From: a phage
Sequence record: PX915678.1
Direction: 5' to 3' (one strand)
DNA length: 64,000 bases
In this document: one piece after another, positions 38,420 through 47,749 of the stretch
How positions within the stretch are numbered: position 1 is the first letter of the stretch
Layout of the letters: the number at the start of each line of letters is the position of its first letter
Made by a program: the position numbers and the translations under genes
Notes under the pieces: generated by a model
The model's database searches: none
The model's input: the letters and a program-made list of their open reading frames with translations, nothing else
Told to the model about the DNA's origin: nothing

Positions 38420-38745
38420 TTAAACCATCCTTTAATACGCTGCCACAAAGTTTTCTGTTGAGCTTTGTTAACACCAATTGAGCGAATAACCGGTTGAGAT
38501 TCCTGGAATTCTTTATAATCAGCAAGGTAAATTTCGTAAGCTGCATCTGTAAATGAACTTATCGCCGCCATAAAATTATTGCGAATACCTACTGGAGCAT
38601 CTTTACTTTCACGAATAATCATGTATTTACCAGTCTTAATCTTTACGATAGTTCCAAGATAAGCTCCATGGTACCAGATGTCCCACCCCTCTTGAGTGGG
38701 TTCTGCACAACGACGAAGTTCATTAACAATTTCTAACTTGTTCAT
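38416..38745 (-). CDS. hypothetical protein (109 aa)
   Basis: ORF coupled by 4-nt overlap. Confidence 0.5.
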   Translation of the reverse strand: MNKLEIVNELRRCAEPTQEGWDIWYHGAYLGTIVKIKTGKYMIIRESKDAPVGIRNNFMAAISSFTDAAYEIYLADYKEFQESQPVIRSIGVNKAQQKTLWQRIKGWFK

Positions 38746-38755
38746 TATTTATTCC

Positions 38756-39391
38756 TCACAGTTCAGATGCTACGGTGATTACTGCTTCAATGTTTTCTGC
38801 CGAGCGTTTAATGTCAAGATACACATTACCGTTTTTAGCGATTTTACATGACATTCCGATATCAGTAAATTTCTGAATATGATGTTCCATCATTTTGTAT
38901 CCAAAAATTCGCATATTTCCATTGTTGTTAATTTCAAAATTGCGAATTCCATGAGTGCGTTTTTCTAAAATAGCAAGATAGTTACTGCGGTAAGTTTCAA
39001 CCTTTTTAAGAACAAATCCATTTTCATCTAAAAGTTTTAACATGAAGTCTTTATCTTCTTCCATATCGGAAGTAATCTCACGAGCTTTACGAGTTGCTCG
39101 TTTTTTCAGCAGTTCAGGAGCATTTTCCTGCGCGTATAAAGTTGCTGCATTTGAAATAATATCCTGAGCTTCACCTGTAATGATTAATCCATCACCAGAT
39201 TTCTCCACCAGGCCTTTTTTAATCAATACCCCAATATTACTATTAACTACTGCGTTACCTAAATCTGGATGCACCTCACGAACTTCTGCAGCTGTAATGA
39301 AATCTTTCTTAGCAATGGTAATTAAAATCGCAGCAGTTTTTTCATTCAGAACATCGTTAGAAGCTTTGATGATGTAAGTTACTTTAGACAT
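38756..39391 (-). CDS. motA: middle-transcription activator MotA
   Basis: 211 aa; MSKVTYIIKASNDVLNEKTAAILITIAKKDFITAAEVREVHPDLGN... Confidence 0.9.
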   Translation of the reverse strand: MSKVTYIIKASNDVLNEKTAAILITIAKKDFITAAEVREVHPDLGNAVVNSNIGVLIKKGLVEKSGDGLIITGEAQDIISNAATLYAQENAPELLKKRATRKAREITSDMEEDKDFMLKLLDENGFVLKKVETYRSNYLAILEKRTHGIRNFEINNNGNMRIFGYKMMEHHIQKFTDIGMSCKIAKNGNVYLDIKRSAENIEAVITVASEL

Positions 39392-39432
39392 TTTCTAATC
39401 TCCGTAATTCTGTATCAGTAGTTGATAGTTGT

Positions 39433-39462
39433 ATAGTACCACAGTATGCTTTGGTTGTAAAC
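39433..39462 (-). promoter_or_regulatory. T4-type early promoter for motA (conserved cassette)
   Basis: Minus strand GTTTAC...TGGTACTATACAACTATCAACTAC. Confidence 0.55.
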
Positions 39463-39496
39463 CGTTTTGTGAAAAAAATTTTTGAAATAAAAAAGG

Positions 39497-39517
39497 GAGA
39501 GCCTCGGCTCTCCCTAA
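39497..39517 (-). terminator. intrinsic terminator
   Basis: gggagagcc-tc-ggctctccc followed on transcript by UUUUUUAUUUCAAA; flanks match 22790..22836. Confidence 0.55.
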
Positions 39518-39519
39518 AA

Positions 39520-39669
39520 TTACTGCATGACTGTGATAACTGTCATGATAACACGTTGAATTCCGAACGCAAGAAGACCTCCTGCTACTGCTGGAACAAC
39601 ACCTAAACCCGCCAGTAAAATGCTACCAGATACTAATGCAGCGCTTGTAATACCAATGAATGGACTCAT
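39520..39669 (-). CDS. small hydrophobic membrane protein (49 aa)
   Basis: ATG overlaps gene 52 stop (ATGA); MSPFIGITSAALVSGSILLAGLGVVPAVAGGLLAFGIQRVIMTVITVMQ. Confidence 0.45.
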   Translation of the reverse strand: MSPFIGITSAALVSGSILLAGLGVVPAVAGGLLAFGIQRVIMTVITVMQ

Positions 39670-40994
39670 TTGATTTCCTCTAAATCTTTGGTGTATTCTG
39701 TAACTACATCAGTAGTTTTCCAATATTCGTTTTCTTCTTTCTTAGCTTTAGCTTCTTCAGCAAGTTTCTTTGCTTCGTCGGAAGTCATATGAAAAATATT
39801 CATTCCGACTAGTTTATCAACATAAGAAGAATACATATCAATTTTAGAAAGTTCTTCGGTCAGTTCTTTGCGAGTTTTACCTTGTACAACAATTTCACCT
39901 GAAATTACTTTCTTAATGAAATGTGCCTTGGCAAAAGCTAAACGAAATGCTGATTCAGTTTCTTTGATTTTGTTATCAATTCGTTTTTGGACATAAGTTT
40001 TACGAACTTCAACGAAGTCTTTGATTAAATCAACTACATTATCGTAAACTTGCAGCTTTCCTTTCTCATTAATAACGGTGATATTCTGGGAACGACGCTC
40101 AATCAACCCGAAGTCTTTCATAATTTTTGCATGACGTTCTTCTTCGTTATCACTCAAAGAGTATTCTTTACGGAATTTAACTTTAAAGCCAAAACCATGC
40201 TCACCGCAAGCATCATCCCACGTAATGAAACCTTTATCTTCAAGCGGGTCTAAGATTTTACTCACGTAAGTTTCACGATCATACTTATATGGAATCTCAG
40301 TGATATGCATTTGAGTTCGTGAAGTAAACTTGTATGTTCCACGAATTTCATATTGACCGTCAATTTCAACGACTTCACCACGAAATTCTGGGAATTCTAC
40401 CTTAGGTTTAATTACTTTCTTTCCTTGAAGAGCTTGCAGTACAGCTTTCTTGACAGAAGAAACGCTATGAGGAAGAATGTAAGTTGCATAACCAGTTGCA
40501 ATACCGGAAACACCGTTAAGAAGAACAGTAGGAATAATAGGCAAATAGAAAGCAGGCGGAATGTGTTCTTTATCTTGATGTACCGGAGCATATTCAGTAT
40601 CTTTATATACATTATAGAAATTTTTACTTACACGAGCAAAAATATAACGACTTGCCGCTGCTTTTTGAACGGTACGAGAACCAAAGTTTCCTTGACCATC
40701 TAACAAAGGAAAGTTATTATTCCAAGTGTTAGCCATCAAAGCACCTGCGTCTTGCGCAGAGTTTTCACCATGATGATATCCAAGGTCCGCTACACCACCT
40801 GCAATAGAAGCGAGTTTGTGAAACTTATCTTTATTTCCTCGTGCCAAATCAAGAGCTCGAGCAATAACAAATCGTTGAACTGGCTTAAATCCATCAATCA
40901 TATTTGGGATAGCACGATTTTCAACCGTGTACATAGCATAAGCCAATGCTTCATTATCAATGATACTTTTTAAATCGCGATTATTCAGTTGCAT
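39666..40994 (-). CDS. 52: DNA topoisomerase II medium subunit (GyrA-like cleavage subunit)
   Basis: 442 aa; GyrA-like N-terminus (PVQRFV); active-site region ASRYIFARVS. Confidence 0.9.
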   Translation of the reverse strand: MQLNNRDLKSIIDNEALAYAMYTVENRAIPNMIDGFKPVQRFVIARALDLARGNKDKFHKLASIAGGVADLGYHHGENSAQDAGALMANTWNNNFPLLDGQGNFGSRTVQKAAASRYIFARVSKNFYNVYKDTEYAPVHQDKEHIPPAFYLPIIPTVLLNGVSGIATGYATYILPHSVSSVKKAVLQALQGKKVIKPKVEFPEFRGEVVEIDGQYEIRGTYKFTSRTQMHITEIPYKYDRETYVSKILDPLEDKGFITWDDACGEHGFGFKVKFRKEYSLSDNEEERHAKIMKDFGLIERRSQNITVINEKGKLQVYDNVVDLIKDFVEVRKTYVQKRIDNKIKETESAFRLAFAKAHFIKKVISGEIVVQGKTRKELTEELSKIDMYSSYVDKLVGMNIFHMTSDEAKKLAEEAKAKKEENEYWKTTDVVTEYTKDLEEIK

Positions 40995-40998
40995 AAAT

Positions 40999-41139
40999 TT
41001 ACCATACTAGTGAATGTAGTGCCATAATAACATCAGAAATGAAAAGCACGACTTGAATTAATCCGAACATTACTCCATAATATAGTGCTACCAATAAAGT
41101 AGCAAGGGCTAATGAATAGCCCAAGATTTTCTTAATCAT
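40999..41139 (-). CDS. small membrane protein (46 aa)
   Basis: MIKKILGYSLALATLLVALYYGVMFGLIQVV...; weak SD. Confidence 0.3.
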   Translation of the reverse strand: MIKKILGYSLALATLLVALYYGVMFGLIQVVLFISDVIMALHSLVW

Positions 41140-41290
41140 TAGTAGATAACAACACAAATGTTAAATATGCACACATACCCTGGGCTAAAGCTTGTGAAAA
41201 CACACTGCTAGCATCAATACAGATAGTTAAAACACATGCTACTATCCAACAAACAAATGAAATAACTCCTAATAATTTTGCGATATTCAT
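41132..41290 (-). CDS. small membrane protein (52 aa; possibly ac position)
   Basis: Start MNIAKLLGVISFVCWIV with SD GAGGAG; paralogous to next ORF. Confidence 0.45.
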   Translation of the reverse strand: MNIAKLLGVISFVCWIVACVLTICIDASSVFSQALAQGMCAYLTFVLLSTND

Positions 41291-41300
41291 AATATTCTCC

Positions 41301-41456
41301 TCAACTATTTTTAGAACCAATGTACGCGAATAATGATAAAATCGCTAATACGCCCTGAGCTGATGCTTGCAAAAATACTGAAGTTTCTCCAGTTATTACT
41401 GTTCCGATGCATAAAAAGAACCAACAGAAAAAGGCTATACCGTGAACAAATTTCAT
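41301..41456 (-). CDS. small membrane protein (51 aa), paralog of previous
   Basis: MKFVHGIAFFCWFFLCIG...SVFLQASAQG; SD GAGGAAAAT. Confidence 0.45.
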   Translation of the reverse strand: MKFVHGIAFFCWFFLCIGTVITGETSVFLQASAQGVLAILSLFAYIGSKNS

Positions 41457-41463
41457 ATTTTCC

Positions 41464-41544
41464 TCACTGGCGTCCGAAGACGCCTTTGGTTTTAAGATTA
41501 TTACGATAGAACTGCATCACGTGTTCGTTATGGAAATTACTCAT
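41464..41544 (-). CDS. stp: Stp peptide (26 aa)
   Basis: Translates to [26 protein letters not shown]; ATG overlaps ndd stop (TAATG); 3' end forms a UUCG hairpin (41469..41484). Confidence 0.8.
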
Positions 41545-41999
41545 TAGTATGCCTGCAAAACAAATTTAAAGTTATCAGCCAACATACGGTTCATTTCTTC
41601 AAGCGTTTGATATTCAGAATGATGATTACGAGTAAACGCTAAAGCTAACTGGCCTTTTCCAAATCCTGTCGTCAGAGGTTTCATCTTAGAAGCAGGTAGA
41701 TAAAATACTGTATATGGAACATTATTATTTGCAATAGTACGCGCAAGCTGAGACCGACGCTGACGAATATGACTTAGAACTGCACTGAATCCTTGCTTAG
41801 AACGCTGATTACCTACATAAAATCGTGCAGATACACACGGACTATCAAATGGACCACCAAATTTACTCACTAAAAAGTAAAATCCAGGTGTAGATAAAAT
41901 GTCTTTATGTGGAGTTCCAAAAACCCATTCACCGCCCTTGATTGTACCAATAACAGTAGCACCTGCATTATTCAAATCAGTAACAGTCATGTATTTCAT
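41544..41999 (-). CDS. ndd: nucleoid disruption protein Ndd
   Basis: 151 aa; position upstream of stp as in T4. Confidence 0.8.
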
Positions 42000-42058
42000 A
42001 TTAATTTCCTCTAATTATTTTCTACTCCAAGGCCGCATGAATACACACGGCCGATAAA

Positions 42059-42274
42059 TTAATCGTCGCAGTCGACGCTCAATTCCCAGAACTCTTCTAC
42101 AGTATAAGTTTCAGTATCGTTTTCAATACAGAAACGTTCATTACTGTTATTTGCTAAAGTAGCATTAACTGTCATTTTCTCGCTAGTGCTCTTAAGAGGT
42201 GAAATACGAATTAACTGATCACCACTATCCAAGCAAAAAATTTCGCCAACTTTTACATCTTTAAAAATTTTCAT
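42059..42274 (-). CDS. hypothetical protein (71 aa; ndd.1 position)
   Basis: ATG with SD GAGGTGAATT. Confidence 0.5.
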   Translation of the reverse strand: MKIFKDVKVGEIFCLDSGDQLIRISPLKSTSEKMTVNATLANNSNERFCIENDTETYTVEEFWELSVDCDD

Positions 42275-42282
42275 AATTCACC

Positions 42283-42393
42283 TCAGGGAGTATAAAATCC
42301 AAATGCAGTTGTTGACCATCCCATCCAATACGGAAAATTTGCACCAACGTAAAACATGAGAATATAAAACCAACCACTCAGCAAATTCATCAT
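42283..42393 (-). CDS. micro-ORF, hydrophobic peptide (36 aa)
   Basis: ATG overlaps upstream stop (ATGA); MMNLLSGWFYILMFYVGANFPYWMGW... Confidence 0.35.
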   Translation of the reverse strand: MMNLLSGWFYILMFYVGANFPYWMGWSTTAFGFYTP

Positions 42394-42587
42394 TTTACAC
42401 CATTCCAAATTGTTTCAACCACAGATTTTAAGCCATTTTGATGAATGTCCATTCCGACAACTGCCATCAAATAAATTCCAACTACAACTGAACCTAAGGC
42501 AAAAATCAGCATGAAAATGAATAAAGCTGGAAAAATATTATCGAAAAACCATTCAATAAATGTAAAAGCACTGCGTTTACGCTTCAT
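42390..42587 (-). CDS. small membrane protein (65 aa)
   Basis: Start MKRKRSAFTFIEWFF with SD GAGGAAAAT; one TM helix. Confidence 0.5.
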   Translation of the reverse strand: MKRKRSAFTFIEWFFDNIFPALFIFMLIFALGSVVVGIYLMAVVGMDIHQNGLKSVVETIWNGVK

Positions 42588-42594
42588 ATTTTCC

Positions 42595-42708
42595 TCACAT
42601 AAATCCAAAGTAAGCGTTTAATACATCAATCATTAAAACGATTGGGAATATACTCAAAACTACTAGTATTATAACTACATTCCATATAGCTTTAACAATC
42701 TTTTTCAT
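42595..42708 (-). CDS. small membrane protein (37 aa)
   Basis: MKKIVKAIWNVVIILVVLSIFPIVLMIDVLNAYFGFM with SD GAGGAACAGAAA; track extension crosses a promoter. Confidence 0.5.
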   Translation of the reverse strand: MKKIVKAIWNVVIILVVLSIFPIVLMIDVLNAYFGFM

Positions 42709-42736
42709 TTTCTGTTCCTCCGTAGTTGATAGGGTA

Positions 42737-42766
42737 ATAATACCACAGAGGAACAGTCTTGTAAAC
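42737..42766 (-). promoter_or_regulatory. T4-type early promoter
   Basis: Minus strand GTTTAC-18 nt-TATTAT. Confidence 0.5.
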
Positions 42767-42773
42767 AACTTTT

Positions 42774-42872
42774 TTAAAAATATTCGTAATAAATGTGAAT
42801 ACCAATCACCACTGCCGAAACTTGTGCAACCCACCATGCACAAGCAATAAGTACAGAATTCAAAATTTTCAT
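42774..42872 (-). CDS. micro-ORF, hydrophobic peptide (32 aa)
   Basis: MKILNSVLIACAWWVAQVSAVVIGIHIYYEYF; SD TGAGG; start overlaps previous micro-ORF stop. Confidence 0.35.
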   Translation of the reverse strand: MKILNSVLIACAWWVAQVSAVVIGIHIYYEYF

Positions 42873-42955
42873 AATAACCTCATTACAAAAGTAAATGTTA
42901 AACAAATTAATGGAATACTAACTAACCAAACAAAACACCACCACAATGAACTCAT
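42869..42955 (-). CDS. micro-ORF, hydrophobic peptide (28 aa)
   Basis: MSSLWWCFVWLVSIPLICLTFTFVMRLL; weak SD. Confidence 0.25.
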   Translation of the reverse strand: MSSLWWCFVWLVSIPLICLTFTFVMRLL

Positions 42956-42983
42956 AGTTCAATCTCAACGATTTTCATTTTAC

Positions 42984-43190
42984 TCAATAATCTGCTAAAA
43001 GATCGACGATTGCATCACGAAGACACTTATTCGCAATACGTTTAAGAGCAATTTCAGTTTCTGGAGCATTTTGAATAATCATTGAATTCAATTCAGCCTC
43101 AGCAAACTGAAGTTCTTTAACTAATTCAGCTTTATATTTTCCTTGCCCTTTCTTAGCTTTTGCTCGTTTTAATTCAGCTGTAGTAAACAT
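42984..43190 (-). CDS. hypothetical protein (68 aa)
   Basis: ATG with SD GGAGAATAAA; track start is TTG. Confidence 0.5.
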   Translation of the reverse strand: MFTTAELKRAKAKKGQGKYKAELVKELQFAEAELNSMIIQNAPETEIALKRIANKCLRDAIVDLLADY

Positions 43191-43224
43191 TTTATTCTCC
43201 AAATCCGTATCAGTTGATAGTTGT

Positions 43225-43254
43225 ATAGTACCACAGTCCTTGTGGTATGTAAAC
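43225..43254 (-). promoter_or_regulatory. T4-type early promoter (conserved cassette)
   Basis: Near-identical to 22754..22783. Confidence 0.55.
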
Positions 43255-43271
43255 CGTTTTGTGAAAATTTT

Positions 43272-43829
43272 TTAAATGGAAAGATACCATCCGTTGTAGT
43301 TGCTTTTTCTTACAACCTTACGAAGGTCTTCTCTATCACCAATGAACTTCGGAGTGTACTGGATGACACCTGGATGAATTTCTTTAGTGTTGAATATAAT
43401 TATACAGTCAGCGACCTGATGATTCAGAATGGGCCCTAGATTTATTCCAGAACCATATGGATACTCTCCGCTGCATCCTGTTGTTACAGAAATCCAACGT
43501 GAGTCAGTTTGATGTGTCTTAACTTCTACACGAAGCCCGCAGTATCTTGGATGCGCCAATACATCCCATGCATATGTATACGGGTCATTAACATCTTCTT
43601 GGCCTTTGTTAACATACCCACTTAGCCAATCTGCTACAAAAAATTCTGCGTACACCGCGATACGACATCTTTCAATAACTTCTGCTTTATCCTGATTTGG
43701 ATTTTGTTTTAAAGAGTATCTTGCTGTATCAGCAATTTTGACCTTCATTTCACTAGTCAAGTCACTGTTCGATAGGGTAAATGTCGGAATCTGAAATAGT
43801 CTCTGTAAACCCGGATTCGTTTTCTGCAT
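43272..43829 (-). CDS. denB: endonuclease IV
   Basis: 185 aa; position between the ndd.x micro-ORFs and rIIB as in T4. Confidence 0.75.
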   Translation of the reverse strand: MQKTNPGLQRLFQIPTFTLSNSDLTSEMKVKIADTARYSLKQNPNQDKAEVIERCRIAVYAEFFVADWLSGYVNKGQEDVNDPYTYAWDVLAHPRYCGLRVEVKTHQTDSRWISVTTGCSGEYPYGSGINLGPILNHQVADCIIIFNTKEIHPGVIQYTPKFIGDREDLRKVVRKSNYNGWYLSI

Positions 43830-44091
43830 TTAGACTTTCCTTTTTACCGCTGAGATAAGCGTTATATACTTTAAGAGTGCCGTAATAAATTCGGTCATTT
43901 TCATCTAAAGACTCATGGTCAAGTTCATCGAGTTCCTTTTTATCCATGACTATAATATCATTGCAGTAAAGAAACCCAAGTTTTTCGTGACCAAACTCAA
44001 ATTTATTGCAGTACACAATATTAGCATGATGATTTCCGTGCAGTTTAATCTCTTTTATGTCGGAATCACCGATATTCATACAATAAATCAT
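43762..44091 (-). CDS. hypothetical protein (109 aa; denB.1 position)
   Basis: ORF overlapping denB start. Confidence 0.45.
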   Translation of the reverse strand: MIYCMNIGDSDIKEIKLHGNHHANIVYCNKFEFGHEKLGFLYCNDIIVMDKKELDELDHESLDENDRIYYGTLKVYNAYLSGKKESLNAENESGFTETISDSDIYPIEQ

Positions 44092-44110
44092 AATTTTTCC
44101 TTAAAACAAA

Positions 44111-44124
44111 AGGGCCGAAGCCCC
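44111..44124 (-). terminator. C(UUCG)G hairpin plus U-rich tract
   Basis: gggc-cgaa-gccc; transcript continues UUUUGUUUUA. Confidence 0.45.
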
Positions 44125-44129
44125 TTATT

Positions 44130-44324
44130 TTATTTGAATTGCGCAATTCTTTTTTCTAAACAATCTGCGTAAGATTTCATTGAGATGAACTGTGAAAGCA
44201 GTAATTCTTGCTCAACTTCATTAATCGTTAGAAACTTTGTGCTTTCTAAAAATTTGCTCAGTGCATTAATTTTGAGCATTAATTGATCGTATTCTTCTTT
44301 TACTCGTGCTTGATAACCTAACAT
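44130..44324 (-). CDS. hypothetical protein (64 aa)
   Basis: ATG with SD AAGGA, preceded by UUCG hairpin at 44337..44356. Confidence 0.5.
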   Translation of the reverse strand: MLGYQARVKEEYDQLMLKINALSKFLESTKFLTINEVEQELLLSQFISMKSYADCLEKRIAQFK

Positions 44325-44352
44325 AATTTTCCTTAGTTAAGGGCCGAAGCCC

Positions 44353-45291
44353 TTATTTAAATTGTTCAGTAACGTCTTCAACTACTTCGTATTGGCAGGT
44401 ACGCATTTTAGCATCGTTGTAATCAATCGGAATTGATACTACATCACGCGGATGCACTTTAACTTTTACAACTCGACTGGTTGAACTGCCAAAGTGACGA
44501 ATATAAGATTTAGAACACACATGCAGACCACGAGAACAAGTTTGTGTATCATCGTCATTCACACGAGTACGTGGCATTTTAACTACTTTACCAGGACTGT
44601 TATCAAAAGTATTTGAATGACAATCAAAGTAATTACTGCGAACTACTTTCCAAGCATAGAAGTAACCATCTTCTGTGATTTCAATATCGTTTGCTACCAA
44701 GAAATCAAAGAGTCGAGATACCGCTTTTTGGCTCGGGTTTTCCAACAGATTTTCCAAGAACGGAAAATAAAATTCAAAGTTTTCGCCTTTTTCCATCGAA
44801 TCGAGAATACGATCAACTAAACCAGATCGCAATTCAATATTTTGATAGAACAAGCTTCCACCTTCAATTCGAACATCACCGGAAATATATTTTTCAACAG
44901 CGCGACGAACATTAATTTTTTGTGCCGCTTCTTCCAATTTATCTGCAACAAGCAGATTAAGAATTTCCTGGAAGTTTGAATGAGTATTAGGAGTTGCGTT
45001 ATAAGTTACACCGTCAACAGTAATTGAAATGAATTTTTTAGATGCATTCCAAATAATGTCAGATTTAGCAACTGGAGCAATAACTGCATCGCTATTAACT
45101 TTAACTGTAATATCACCGCTAATGGTAACTTTAGAGCGCTCAGCTTCTTCAGCATTTTTCAAAACACGACGGATTGTGTCAACCGATACACCTTGCCAAT
45201 CAGCCAATTCCTGCTGAGTATAATTACCACTTAAATACAGTTTGATAATTTCAGCTTGTTCGTTTTTGGTCAGGCATTTAATATTGTACAT
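44353..45291 (-). CDS. rIIB: rIIB (rapid lysis / lysis inhibition; RexAB exclusion target)
   Basis: 312 aa; MYNIKCLTKNEQAEIIKLYLSGNYTQQELADW... (HTH-like N-terminus); directly after rIIA. Confidence 0.9.
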   Translation of the reverse strand: MYNIKCLTKNEQAEIIKLYLSGNYTQQELADWQGVSVDTIRRVLKNAEEAERSKVTISGDITVKVNSDAVIAPVAKSDIIWNASKKFISITVDGVTYNATPNTHSNFQEILNLLVADKLEEAAQKINVRRAVEKYISGDVRIEGGSLFYQNIELRSGLVDRILDSMEKGENFEFYFPFLENLLENPSQKAVSRLFDFLVANDIEITEDGYFYAWKVVRSNYFDCHSNTFDNSPGKVVKMPRTRVNDDDTQTCSRGLHVCSKSYIRHFGSSTSRVVKVKVHPRDVVSIPIDYNDAKMRTCQYEVVEDVTEQFK

Positions 45292-45302
45292 AATTTTCCT
45301 TA

Positions 45303-47480
45303 TTAGGCCGCAAGGGCCTTCATAGTTTTAGCGATTTGGGAAACTTCATCATCACTTAAAGAGTTGCGATAACCGATGAAGTCGGAAACAATACGGAATT
45401 TCTTGGTAAACTCAGCAACCATTTTATCACTATTTTTTGAAGCATTATTTGACAATACATCAAAAAGATTAGTTACTGTCCAGATGTCATGACCGATGGT
45501 ACCTTTTCCACCGTTGAAATATATACCCTGCAATGAACTAACCATATTACCAAGGCGAGTATATTCTTCAGAAACTTCATCTACACTGAAGTACTTCATC
45601 ATAAAATCGAGTTCAGGATACTTAATAATTTTATCAATATATCGTTTAGCTGAACTTGAATAACCTACATACTTATCATAATCTACAGCATCAAAAGCAT
45701 CTACATATAAATCACGCAGAGTTTCAAAAATACATTGGCACTGACCAAGTTCTTTTACCTTTTTCTGCAAAAGTGGACGAATAACATAAAATTCATTAAT
45801 GCCAATAAGATTAGCCATACGAGTCAAAATACTCATAGATGGATGACAAAGCGATGTAGTACCATCCATAGAGAAAATATCAGAACGATGCATGTATGCT
45901 ACGTAACCAGTAATTTCATCTGCTTCTGATGTGAGCGTAAACAGTTCCTCTTTTTCCCAGCGCCCGTCTTTAATTTCAAACTTAAATGCAGTAGCAGCTT
46001 TAGGGCGAGGAGCTTTACTTTTAACTGCCTTCGGAATATAACTTTTAACTAAAGCTTCAATTTCTGACAAATAATGAATGTTAACTTCATCACTTTCAAA
46101 CATTGCCATAATATCAGGAAGTAAATCAATCTGCGATTCTACTTCTGGATTAATAAACAGAAGACGCTCATTATGATGAATATTCAAAGTGTTATTAAAT
46201 TCACTATCATCTAACGCATGCGCTAATCCACGGACAATATTAACACGATTTTTAATATTATCAATAACGATATTAATTTTTGTCGTATTAATACCAAACA
46301 GACGATAACTTGATGCAACGGCTGAAGTTTCATGACTTTGCTTAATGCGTTTCAGTCGAGGGTCAAGATTTACTTCATACACAACTCCTGCATTGCATAG
46401 TTTACTATCAGGTTCAAACATGCTTTGCATCTTCTTATATGACAGATTTTTAGTCGTAAATTTGACTGAATTACTAATCATATAATCTCGAGCAGAATAT
46501 CCCATCTTCATCAATTCACGGTATGTATGACGAGGAGATGTAGATTCTTTAAATCGTTTTACATCTTCATTGAATGCCTTCTCACTAAGCTCTTTAACAC
46601 GCTCAATAATATTTTTACGAGTACGATCATCTAGTGAAAGGGCTTCGCGTGATGGAGCAATATCAAGTGAACCCATTGGAAACTTAATGTAATTCACTTC
46701 ATTGCGGATGCTTAACCAGTTACGGTCTCTAATAACACCATCGATAGGATAAACAATACCACCGTAGATAGCATACAATCCACCGCGATCTGGCCAGTAT
46801 CTTTCTGGATTTACACCGTAATAGTCATCAAAATCCGGAAAATAATCAATTTCGCGGTCAAGACCATTAATAATAGCCAAATCTTTGAATGGTCGCATGA
46901 TATAAGAAACTTCATAAGCAAAGTTTCTAAAGTCTTTTTCTTCAACTGGAACTACGATTTCAATACCAGTTTTATCATCTGGACCCATTTCTTTTACAAA
47001 CGTAGGTTTAATTTGTGGACCATCGCCATCCATGTAAGCTACATAACCACGAATTTCGCCTTTATGATATGAAGTAATACTAAATGTATCAGTATAACTA
47101 AACGGAGATTTAGAACCTAAACCAAACCCACCAATGAAATCATTAGATTCAGCCTTAGATGAACTAAAGTATGAATTATACAACCCGGGAGAATTATCAT
47201 CACCTTGAATATCAAAATCGCTCATACCTGGACCAAAATCTCGACAAACAAATCGCGGATCTAATCGTCCTGGAACTTGAATGATAAATTTTTCAGGATT
47301 TCCATTGAGAGCATGGGCATCAATCATGTTGGTAATCAATTCACGGACTACTGCGCGAATCTTGTTTGTATACAAATCAGATGATAGAATTTTAAATACT
47401 TTAGGAGATGCTGTGATGCTAAATGCTTTTGATTTAGAACCATTACCAAGAATTGTTTCTTTTTCAGTGGTGATAATCAT
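45303..47480 (-). CDS. rIIA: rIIA
   Basis: 725 aa; GHKL-ATPase-like N-terminal region; stop codon sits in a GGCC-GCAAG-GGCC hairpin. Confidence 0.9.
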   Translation of the reverse strand: MIITTEKETILGNGSKSKAFSITASPKVFKILSSDLYTNKIRAVVRELITNMIDAHALNGNPEKFIIQVPGRLDPRFVCRDFGPGMSDFDIQGDDNSPGLYNSYFSSSKAESNDFIGGFGLGSKSPFSYTDTFSITSYHKGEIRGYVAYMDGDGPQIKPTFVKEMGPDDKTGIEIVVPVEEKDFRNFAYEVSYIMRPFKDLAIINGLDREIDYFPDFDDYYGVNPERYWPDRGGLYAIYGGIVYPIDGVIRDRNWLSIRNEVNYIKFPMGSLDIAPSREALSLDDRTRKNIIERVKELSEKAFNEDVKRFKESTSPRHTYRELMKMGYSARDYMISNSVKFTTKNLSYKKMQSMFEPDSKLCNAGVVYEVNLDPRLKRIKQSHETSAVASSYRLFGINTTKINIVIDNIKNRVNIVRGLAHALDDSEFNNTLNIHHNERLLFINPEVESQIDLLPDIMAMFESDEVNIHYLSEIEALVKSYIPKAVKSKAPRPKAATAFKFEIKDGRWEKEELFTLTSEADEITGYVAYMHRSDIFSMDGTTSLCHPSMSILTRMANLIGINEFYVIRPLLQKKVKELGQCQCIFETLRDLYVDAFDAVDYDKYVGYSSSAKRYIDKIIKYPELDFMMKYFSVDEVSEEYTRLGNMVSSLQGIYFNGGKGTIGHDIWTVTNLFDVLSNNASKNSDKMVAEFTKKFRIVSDFIGYRNSLSDDEVSQIAKTMKALAA

Positions 47481-47490
47481 AATTTCCTCA

Positions 47491-47694
47491 TTAATTCATA
47501 TTGCGTTTAATAACTTCAGCAACTTCTAGTAGTTCATCTTTAGTTGCGGTGTCGGATTGAATTTTATCTCTAATATCCTTAAAGCGGTTTTTAAACTCTT
47601 CAGCTTCTCCCATATCGAAAAAGCGTTGAATGATTCTATATTCTCGATGAACTGCTTTATCAAAAAGTTCTAAATTTACTTTATATGATTTCAT
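47491..47694 (-). CDS. hypothetical protein (67 aa; rIIA.1 position)
   Basis: ORF upstream of rIIA. Confidence 0.5.
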   Translation of the reverse strand: MKSYKVNLELFDKAVHREYRIIQRFFDMGEAEEFKNRFKDIRDKIQSDTATKDELLEVAEVIKRNMN

Positions 47695-47719
47695 TTCAAT
47701 ATCCTCATTTGCCCAATTA

Positions 47720-47749
47720 ATTATACCACATCCTTGTGGTAAAGTAAAC
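47720..47749 (-). promoter_or_regulatory. T4-type early promoter
   Basis: Minus strand GTTTAC-18 nt-TATAAT; -35 overlaps gene 39 stop. Confidence 0.5.
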
